Source: Eledone cirrhosa (Eukaryota). From it: a stretch of DNA of 64,000 bases. The position numbers were made by a program, and so were the translations under genes. Below are positions 54,646-64,000 of this stretch, piece by piece. The DNA is taken from positions 284,766,001-284,830,000 of the forward strand of contig OZ024741.1 in NCBI GenBank assembly GCA_964016885.1. Direction: 5' to 3'. The notes under the pieces were generated by a model. The model was not told where the DNA came from and made no database searches. It saw only the letters and a list, made by a program, of their open reading frames with translations. The first letter of the stretch is position 1; every line of letters begins with the position of its first letter.

Positions 54646-56038
54646 TATATCACGATACATTAACGAAGCCATAGACTCTCGCCGTTCCCTGTAAATAATG
54701 TGTTCAAAGGAGAGGAAATTCAGAGCTCTTTAAAATACAATATGTTGAAAGGTAACACACTAGAGAGAGATACAGGGCGCTATCAATAAAACAGAGAAAA
54801 ACCACCAGTGTATTGAATCTATAACCAATGAAAGTCAGAGTATAGACACGATAATTAAAAATATAAATTAAAGCCTAAATAATACCTCTATAACTATATA
54901 CACACGTACAAATCCAAAGTGATCTGTTTCGCCAGTAAGTTGTTGACAGAAATGAAATATCCTAGGTTCATCAGCGTGTGTAAGGCTATACATTTCAGAC
55001 AACACTAAGAGAATTTTTAAAGCGCCCGTCCAGCTACACGTGGGAGAAAGAAGTCACAGCGTGTTTAAGGGCAGTGAACCAGGGGCCCCTGAGGGACGAG
55101 CTGCTAGAAAGGGCAGCCCCAAACCAATCAGAGAAGTGTTCTCAACCAAACAGAGAGAGAGGAAAGACTGTTATAAGGAGCGAAATATCACGATACATTA
55201 ACGGAGCCATAGATTCTCGCCGTTCCCTGTAAATAATGTGTTCAAAGGAGAGGAAATCCTGAGCTCTTTAAAATAAAATATGTTGAAAAGGTAACACACT
55301 AGAGAGAGAGATACAGTGCGCTATCAATAAAACTTGGAAAAACCACCAGTGTATGGAATCTATAACCTATGAAAGGCAGAGTATAGACACGATAATTAAA
55401 AATATAAATTAAAGCGTAAATAAATACCACTATAACTATATAACCCACGTAAAAATCCAAAGTGATCTGTTTCGCCAGTAAGTTGTTGACAGAAATGAAA
55501 TAACCCAGGTCCATCAGTGTGTGTAAGGCTATACATTTCAGACAACACTAAGAGAATTTTTAAAGCGACCGTCCAGCTACACGTGGGAGAGAGAAGTCAC
55601 AGCGTGTTTAAGGGCAGTGAACCAGGGGCCTCTGAGGGACGAGCTGCTAGAAAGGGCAGCCCAAAACCACTAAGAGAAGTGTGCTCAACCAAACAGAGAG
55701 AGAGGAAAGACTGTTATAAGGAGCGAAATATCACGATACATTAACGGAGCCATAGACTCACGCTGTTCCCTGTAAATAATGTGTTTAAAGGAAAGGAAAT
55801 CCTGAGCTCTTTAAAATACAATATGTTGAAAAAGTAACACACTAGAGAGAGATACAGTACGCTATCAATAAAACAGGGGAAAACCATCAGTGTAAGGAAT
55901 CTATAACCTATGAAAGGCAGAGTATAGACACGATAATTAAAAATATAAATTAAAGCGTAAATAAATACCTCTATAACTATATAACACACGTACAAATCCA
56001 AAGTGATATGTTTCGCCAGTAAGTTGTTGACAGAAATG
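54646..56038 (-). mobile_element. Tandem array of ~540-bp units (~2.6 copies), one hammerhead per unit: retrozyme-like
   Basis: CACGATACATTAACG at 54651, 55189, 55732; HHR 54902-54979 minus strand: acacg CTGATGA acctagg[..]cttactggc GAAA cagatc actttg gatttg TA cgtgt; copy 2 mutated, copy 3 truncated and followed by a short inversion (56047-56079). Confidence 0.85.
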
Positions 56039-56079
56039 TGTTAGATAGTTATAGAGGTATTTATTTACGCTATAATTTG

Positions 56080-59000
56080 AATAATATATATATATTATTC
56101 AAATTATTAACAAATGAAAAATATTCTCATAATCAAAATATATACTTTATTATATATATTTCAACGGTACTGTGTTGTTTTTTCAATACGTCCTCATCAG
56201 ACAAAATATATGATTTGATATATGACATACCGCTACGGTCTTGGTTATTTAATTCCAGTATTGGCAGTAATTTATTTCATCAAATCTCAACGTTTATATA
56301 CCACACATAATATGATAAACTTAAAGAAGAAAAGGACGTAGAGCAAATTAGAGATATGAGAGAGGGTGTAAAGAAGAGAAAAGGCAAGAAAAAATAAATA
56401 TATACATACATAAATAGATAAATGAATAAAAAAATAGATAAATGGATGAATGAATTGAAGAAATATATAAAAAAAGAAAAGAGGAATAACGATAAAATAG
56501 AGGGAAGGTGTGGGGAAAGTAAAGGGAACGAAGGGGGGGGGGGGGGGGTTGAGAAAAATAAAGTAAAATAAGGGAACATCAAATAGAGGGGATAGAGAAA
56601 AAAACCGTTGTTTTCAAATGTTAGATCAAATAGGACATCTAATCAATTCACATAAACAATTGAATATCTCTTGTATTTGATTATGCTTTAGCTAATTATA
56701 CTTATATATTATATGAAAATTAATCAGTTTAGATTATTTTCTATAGCAATCACATATTTTATTTAATTAAGAATTTATATAATTTAATTTAGCTCATTAT
56801 AGATTATTATTTTTAATTTTAAGGTAAGATATTCTATAAATATTTTGTTTAAACTTTAAATGAATTAATCTTTAAAGCGTATTTAAATAATTATTAAATA
56901 TGTATTAAAATATAATACCATGCACCATCAATACATATAATATATTTAGATCATTTATTACCAAAATTATTATATTTAATTAGGATATTCTCTTTATAAA
57001 ATCTTTACTATTCTTTAATTTTCATTTAATTCCTAGGATTAAACTGCAGTTATATTTACTCTCAAAAGTTTTATTTCATTAATTTAATGAAAAGTTATAT
57101 TTACTTCTGTATTTTCTTATTTTGATATATAGATTCCTTTTAATGATAGTCTTATATTATTAATCTACATATTTCATATCTAATATAATTTAGCAAGCTA
57201 GTTAAAAAGAAAAGAATTTTTTACGGACAATGTAAACAAAAGGAAGATAACTCATTCACCATATACAAACATTTAAAACTTATATCTACTCTCACGTCCA
57301 GCGATATTTCAAAACCATAAATCATCTATTGTCTAGTTAAATATTGAACTGTCCTAATCAAAACATAGGATAACGAGACTCTTAATGAAATTATTCTAAT
57401 AGATATAAATATCAATAAATTATTATCACAATAGGGCAAAACTTATATATATATTTAAATTATTAATTGTCAATATTTTTTCGAAACTTGTACATTGCCT
57501 GGAAAGTTTTACCAATTTTATGGTGACAACTACTAAATAATTCATTTTTTTGTTGATTAAATTGTCATAATTTGTAATTATCTGTAGAGTCTCAAGGTTA
57601 CAAAGATTGCAATTTTGCGAAATAGTTGAGTTCTAATAGGAATTAGCATTCTTTAATTTTGTCTAAGAGATGGAGTATTTAATATTATTGTCCTTTAAAG
57701 ACCATACTAATTATGAAAGTGAAGTTGAAAATTTCTTATCTGGTTTACTGAAAGAGTCTCTATGATTATACTAACGTTCCTTCAATTTAGATGAAGTGGC
57801 ACCAATGTAATTATATATATTATTATTTGTCTTAATGGTACATTTATATACTAGATTCTCGTCAAGGCAATTATTTTGTAAAGGACATTTGGAATTATTT
57901 CTACAATTACATTTCTTATCAATGTTATTTACAGGCTTTAAACTATTCCCATTATTATTTAAAGGTGTTCTACTATTATTCGTGTTTAAACTATTATTAT
58001 TATTGTTATTCTCATTAACTACTGTATTGTTATTATTATTGTTATTACTGCTAATTATAGGTTGGTTCAAATTAAGATTTTTACTATTTATTTTGAGCAA
58101 TATTCATAGTTGTTGAATGAGAAAGTTTAACTGTGTGTCTATTGAAGATAGAATAATATTTATGTGACCTAGGGAAGCATTTATCCAAAGCTTTAAAAAA
58201 TAAATGTACTACAGGCGTTTTAATAGCTAAAGATGCTGGCGGAGCATACCAAATTATAGACCTAGTTCTTATTTTTTCCCCGATTTATTCATCAAGTTGT
58301 TTTTATATTCATTTTTCTTATGATTACTGTGATTATAATTAATTTTATTTTCAGTATTTTTTTCTATATACTCAATATTATTGTTATATCCATCTTTATG
58401 TAACACTTCATTATAATATACAGCCTTACTATTAAATAAGGATCTATTAGCAGATAGCCTGGATATTCGTTGTTGTACACTGTTGACTATTGCATTCTTA
58501 ACACTTTTAGGATGATTAGAATAAAAACTAACATAATTTAAGTACTCATTGACTTTATGGAAATGATAATAAAGGCCTGAGTTCAAATTTAGAGTCACAT
58601 GTAAAAAATTAAATATTTTATTATTATTTTCTACTTCTAATTTCAGGTCGTAATTTAAAAAAAAATCTATAATTACTTTCTTTACTCTATTTAATTCGCT
58701 ATTATTATGTTTTTGTATAATAAATAGTATATCGTCTCTATATAAACCTCCGGTAATCTCCGGCAATTTTCTATTTATCATGTTAAGGATAAAAATTCCC
58801 ACAAGATCCGTAACTTGCGCCGAATCAGACGAACCCATAGTAACGTCAAAATTCTTCTGTCTATCCGATCTAGTCCAAAGATCATTATTAAAATCAATCA
58901 AAGTTCGCCTTGCTGTTAATATAATATTTATCTCATCACTAGATAGGTCCGTGTGTTTATATGCATATGATAGCGCCTTATTTAATAGATTAGGAGTTAT

Positions 59001-59317
59001 CGAGGAATAATAACTCGCTATATCCATTTGAATGAACTTATAATTATTTTGATTATTGATATTATTGAATCAGTCTATGACTTCACTAGTGCCTTTCCAT
59101 AGATTTAGCCATGACCTCAATTTAAGTGTTGGTAAAATCCTATCTATTATATTTTTACTAATTATTCCAAGATCTGATTTAGAAGGTGCTATAGGTCTAA
59201 CTGGTAAGTCCTCTTCGAAATTTCTTTTATGATCTTTAAAATTTATCCACGGTTGCATTGGTATGAAAGGTTCAGTTTTCTGCTCTATTCCAAGATTGGT
59301 GATAATTTTGAATGCAT
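56080..59317 (-). mobile_element. AT-rich Penelope-like element (RT + GIY-YIG + long 3' region), 5' end abuts a SINE
   Basis: INFKDHK..F....PVRPIAPSKSDLG, MDIASYYSSI, FDVTMGSSDSA, GLYRDD, IIWYAPP, CNCR..SKCPLQNNCL..NLVYKC...YIGATS. Confidence 0.9.
56146..56205 (-). ncRNA. Type I hammerhead at the 3' end of the adjacent PLE
   Basis: Minus strand: tttgt CTGATGA g gacg tattg [11 nt] cagta c cgtt GAAA tatata TA ataaa. Confidence 0.8.
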
Positions 59318-59471
59318 CCATGCTTTCCAGCATAGTTACGTCCCTTTACGATCTGAGTTCAAATCCCGCCGAGGTTGATTTTGCCTTTCATCCTTACGGG
59401 GTCGATAAAATAAAGTACCAGTAATGTACTGGATAATTGCTGGCCTTGTGACTAAAGTAGAAACAATTATT
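59318..59471 (+). mobile_element. tRNA-derived SINE copy
   Basis: B-box, family core and tail. Confidence 0.85.
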
Positions 59472-59591
59472 AATATCCAATAAATCATCACTTGGGGCCT
59501 TTTTATAATTTTTCCTCAATATATATATATATACATATATGCGTGTGTGTGTGTGTGTGTGGTGTGTGTGCGTGCGTGCGTGCGTGTGTGT

Positions 59592-59663
<72 letters not shown>

Positions 59664-59789
59664 TACAAGTAAAATTAATTAAAACAAGAATAGTTCCAGA
59701 TGGCAAAATAACAGAAAATTAGTTTGAGGTATATAAAAGGTAATAACGGAATTTTAACCTCTCGGACGCTAGTTCTTCATCGAAATGTA

Positions 59790-60212
59790 GAGAAGAAGAA
59801 GAAGAAGAAGAAGAAGAAGAAGAAGAAGAAGAAGAAGAAGAAGAAGAAGAAGAAGAAGAAGAAGAAGAAGAAGAAGAAGAAGAAGAAAAAGAAGAGGAGA
59901 AGGAGGAGGAGGAGAAGAAGAAGAAGAAGAAGAAGAAGAAGAAGAAGAGGAGGAGGAGGAGGAGAAGAAGAAGAAGAAGAAGAAGAAGAAGAAGAAGAAG
60001 AAGAAGAAGAGGAGGAGGAGGAGGAGGAGGAGGAGGAGGAGGAGGAGAAGAAGAAGAAGAAGAAGAAGAAGAAGAAGAAGAGGAGGAGGAGGAGGAGGAG
60101 GAGGAGGAGGAGGAGGAGAAGAAGAAGAAGAAGAAGAAGAAGAAGAAGAAGAAGAAGAAGAAGAAGAAGAAGAAGAAGAAGAAGAAGAAGAAGAAGAAGA
60201 AGAAGAAGAAGA
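59790..60212. repeat. Pure-purine (GAA)n/(GGA)n tract, about 420 bp
   Basis: Directly visible; no pyrimidines seen on the + strand. Confidence 0.97.
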
Positions 60213-61629
60213 TTTTCAGTTCATTATTCTGCAAGCCAGAAAAAGAAGTTAGAATGTAGATGAACTCGAATTGTTCTCGTTGTCCTTCCGCTTCGCTAGG
60301 CTCAGCCTCGCTTGCATTGGCGTCGACCAAGTGTTCTCAGCGTCCTTCTGCTGGATATAACCGATGTGTTTTGCGGCTAAAGATGATTAATTTTAAACCT
60401 AATTTGCTTGCACTAGTTGTATCGCACTAGACACAGGCCTCCTATTAATGCTATATGTAAATTGTATGTGTGCCAAAATATTTGATATTTCTACTTTCAA
60501 TAAAGAATCTCGTAATACAAAAAATATTCATATATATTGTTTTGTAAGAGTTAAATAATTCGTAACAGTTTGTTACTGGTTTCTAATTTGACATTTTTAT
60601 GACAGTTATACTTTTCATTGTCCAGAAAAGTGCCTATCAGGAATTTATGCTTTTAAATATTTAATATATAGGTGGGCTGTGGAAAATGTTACCATGTGAA
60701 AGTGGGAGATGACGCAAAATCGGTGCGATTTTTTGGGGGTGTTATGTAATTTGTTTCCGAAATATTGGTGGTGTGTGTAATTGCGTAGTTTTTTGCCGTT
60801 TATGTTAATGGCTGTATAGGGTTGTATCTTTTTGTTGGATTTGCTTTTGTAGTGGATGTGGATTTGTTTCTGTTTGAGATGTTGTTGTCGTTTGTTGTTG
60901 TGTTTATGATTGTGGTTGTGGGGTTGATAGTGTTGTTGGTAGTGGTGCTAGTGCTGGTGCTGGTGACATTGGTGTAGGTGATGTCAATAGTTGCCTCCAG
61001 GCTTTAGATTTTTTTCCCTTCTCTTTTTTTTATGGGGAAGTCAGAGAGTTTCTAATTCTTTTTCGTTATTGTGGGAGACGTTTTTCCAAGAAGAAATGCC
61101 AGAGAAAATGATCGGCAACATTTTGTACATGGCTTCTATAATAACGTTAAAGACGAACTCTAAAGAGGCAAATTCAGCCACAAACATTGCACATAAAGTC
61201 ATTTCGAGCATCTAAATATCCAGGTAAAGTAATATCATGTAGACCCTTACGCAAACCCCTCTTTACTTTTTCATGCTCTACACAAGTTTTTCAAATTTCT
61301 ATTTTCCTCCAGCATTTAAAGCAATGTTTTTCCAGTTATCTGCTCTTATTTTTGACTTCAGCAAAGCTATTTTGATGTAGTCTTTATACCAGAGTTTTGG
61401 TTTATGCCTTTGCCGTTTGCCTTTGACTACTTCACCGTACAGTAACAGAATTCGATGATCTGACATTCTTAAAACATGGCCGTTCCAACGTAATCTATAT
61501 TGGAGTATGGGGCCATTGCTATTACATTTTTCAATCCCATTCGACAGGCAAGTTGTTTAACATAAGAAGTTTTTCTTTCCAAAACAAAGGTATTCACTTC
61601 TTTAATAATTTTTGTATGCAGATGATTGG

Positions 61630-61940
61630 TATCTTGTTTCTCACTCTGAGTGTGATGAATTCTTTTTCGGAGGCATGCAGCGCATTGGATTTGACAATCA
61701 GTTTCACATGTCTCAACCAGCTCTAGACAGGGATTTACACTGAGACAAGCATGTATGGCAAAACAGTGAAAGTTCTGGATAAATTTGTGGATTTAGGCAG
61801 CACAGTTAATATGACAAACACCCTTCATACAGAAATCTCTTTATAACTAAAGAAGGCAAGGTAGTTCTTATGCTAAATAAAATGGGTGTCTCTCGTGTCG
61901 ACGTGGGATTTCCATTGATACAAAGTTAAAGGACAGAACA
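61630..61940 (+). mobile_element. Degraded RTE-type RT fragment
   Basis: ACSALDLTIS...KTVKVLDKFVDLGSTV...EISL*LKKAR resembles the RTE thumb motif F.YLGS...EI..RI.KA. Confidence 0.65.
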
Positions 61941-61945
61941 TGTGT

Positions 61946-62006
<61 letters not shown>

Positions 62007-62012
<6 letters not shown>

Positions 62013-62129
62013 GAACAGATTAAAGTTTAAGCAAAGAATCGGTGCTTTCACCCTTAACGGGGTCTTCTGAAGATCTCGTTAAGGGTGAAAGTGGCGGTTC
62101 TTTGCTTAAACTTTAATCTGTTCTTATAA
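62007..62129. repeat. Fold-back hairpin centred on an HHR-like CTGAAGA box
   Basis: Arms ATAAGAACAGATTAAAGTTTAAGCAAAGAA...TTTCACCCTTAACG and its complement; the arm start recurs at ~10945-10970. Confidence 0.75.
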
Positions 62130-62204
62130 TAAATATTTGCTCTATTATATATATATATAATCCTTCGGATTTTAGTTTTCACATGTATTATTACTATATA
62201 TATA

Positions 62205-62492
62205 TTAGGATTAGTGCTCTGAAATAGCGATGTATACATGAATGTATGTATAGTATATTTGGCAATATACCGTATGTTTAATTAAAAACATTTTGAAGTT
62301 CATACGCTATCGGCGAAAGAAGGGAGAGAAGCTAACAGTCTGTTTCACGCTGTTGGCGATCATCAGAACCACACACCCCGCTTTCGTCGAAAATTATAGA
62401 AGCTGGATTCTTATAGAATTTCAGTAATAATTAGGAGCTGATTATACAGAGCGATTATACATTCATGTATACATCGCTATTTCAGAGCACCA
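62205..62492 (-). mobile_element. Diverged member of the 320-bp family with a canonical HHR core (62331-62369) and a short terminal inversion
   Basis: Shares GTGCTCTGAAATAGCGAT and GATTCTTATAGAATT...GCTGATTATACAGAGC; minus strand gtt CTGATGA t cgc caaca gcg t GAAA cagactg TT agc; 62457-62490 inverts 62213-62246. Confidence 0.8.
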
Positions 62493-63047
62493 ATATTGGT
62501 AGAAAGTAAGTGTTTATATATAAACACTTACGTTCTACCAATATATACATTTTTTCTCCCCCATGCTTATCTATTTTTTTCATTTGATTTATACAACCCC
62601 CCCTCCCACACACACACTTTTTCTACCATACCTTTAACACATAGACACCCACCACATTGATCCTGTACTCTACCTTTACCCAGATCACTTTTTAACTATA
62701 TACCCTTATCCAGATCTCTTCACAAACACTTACCTTCTACCACAATTTATACACCCCTTTTCACCCTCACCTGTTCATCTTAATTCATTATATTATTTGA
62801 TTTCAGTTATACTGACCCATGTCCTTACTTACCCACAATGTTGTTGATTGTGCTCACATATGTGGGCGCATTTGCAGTGTATTTATACATATATATACAT
62901 GTGTGTGTGTGTGTGTGTATGTGTATATCTTATGTATGTATATTTTGCAAGAGATGTCAACATGAATGGACCTATTATTTTTATCTAAAGACATTTTTTC
63001 CAATTCCTTCCCGCCCGTCCCCTCAATCTACCGCATTTCTGATTCTT

Positions 63048-63083
63048 TTTTATGATGAAGGACTAGCGTCCGAAACGTTAAGG
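63048..63083 (+). ncRNA. Minimal hammerhead motif with C3 substituted
   Basis: tttt ATGATGA a ggac tagc gtcc GAAA cg TT aagg. Confidence 0.55.
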
Positions 63084-63224
63084 CCCTCTTCCTGCTATAT
63101 CAAGCGTTAACCTAATATATACCTTCCATATACTGTACCGATTGTGTTGTTATTTCTGTTTACCTTTTACATACATATATATTTATATATATGTGTATAT
63201 ATATATGTATGTGTGTATATATAT

Positions 63225-63403
63225 AGGCAGTATCGGTAGAGAGTCGGACACCATGCTTTGAAGCATAGAGTTACGTCCCTTTATGATCTGAGTTCAAATC
63301 TCGCTTGTTAACTTTGCCTTTCATACTTACGGGGTCGATAAAATAAAGTACCAGTAATGTACTGGGCTATTGCTGGCCTTGTACCATAAATAGAAACAAT
63401 TAT
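63225..63403 (+). mobile_element. Near full-length tRNA-derived SINE
   Basis: Head GGCAGTATCGGTAGAG, B-box GAGTTCAAATC, core and tail. Confidence 0.85.
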
Positions 63404-63606
63404 TTGTTTATCTGTAATTATAATTTTTTGCGCGTGGATCTGTGTATATCTTTTCATTTCTTGGTACCCCCTTTTGTGTATAATTATGCTTACCCTTTAT
63501 ATACACCTACCTGCGATTGTGTGTGTATATATATATAGTTTGTCTGCCTACATATATATACACACACACGCACGTGTATGTATGCATGCAAGTGTTTGCG
63601 TGTGGA

Positions 63607-63739
<133 letters not shown>

Positions 63740-63943
63740 GTACGTGTATGGATTTATATTTATATGTATGCGTATATATGTGGATGTATATATATATATA
63801 ATATATATATTAGAAAGTGAGTTTTTTTTACAAAATGAAAAATAACAGAGGTGCCCTACACGAGTGAAAGTATAAAGAAAAAAAGATGAAATCGAAAATG
63901 CAACTGGAGTCTTTTTTTTTTAAATATATATATTTATTTGGTT

Positions 63944-63981
63944 CCTTTACCGGTTTCGCAGTTCTTCTGCTTTTCAAAAAA
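63944..63981 (-). ncRNA. Minimal hammerhead with U3-A8 core
   Basis: Minus strand: tttt TTGAAAA gcag aagaa ctgc GAAA ccgg TA aagg; palindromic stem III ACCGGT. Confidence 0.7.
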
Positions 63982-64000
63982 GTAGAGTTGAGATGGAGGG

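Noticed and set aside
60620-61400. Possible decayed Tx1 ORF1 (Thr/Asn-rich minus strand, Cys pair)
   Set aside because: Similarity to 31916-33685 is mainly compositional.

Overview
Eukaryotic, repeat-saturated, apparently non-genic DNA. The (TA)n/(CA)n microsatellite load and one abundant tRNA-derived SINE family suggest an octopus or other coleoid cephalopod (inference, no database search). I found no host gene exon, and most ORFs in the track are microsatellite artefacts or antisense frames of retroelements. The recognisable coding sequence is all retrotransposon: an RTE fragment, a 5'-truncated CR1-group LINE, five Penelope-like element (PLE) copies, a near-intact L1/Tx1 element inside a purine-rich satellite, a CRE-type RLE element with a PHD-like finger, and an R4/Dong-type 3' end. 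The main signal not visible in the ORF track is RNA structure. I count roughly 20 type I hammerhead ribozyme (HHR) motifs, intact or decayed, in about ten unrelated small families, nearly all abutting (TA)n tracts. They include two tandem arrays with one HHR per unit (320-bp and ~540-bp units, retrozyme architecture, predicted to give circular RNAs), non-canonical cores supported by covariation (U3-A8, U4C, long stem II), and many fold-back mini-elements. All structures were folded by eye.
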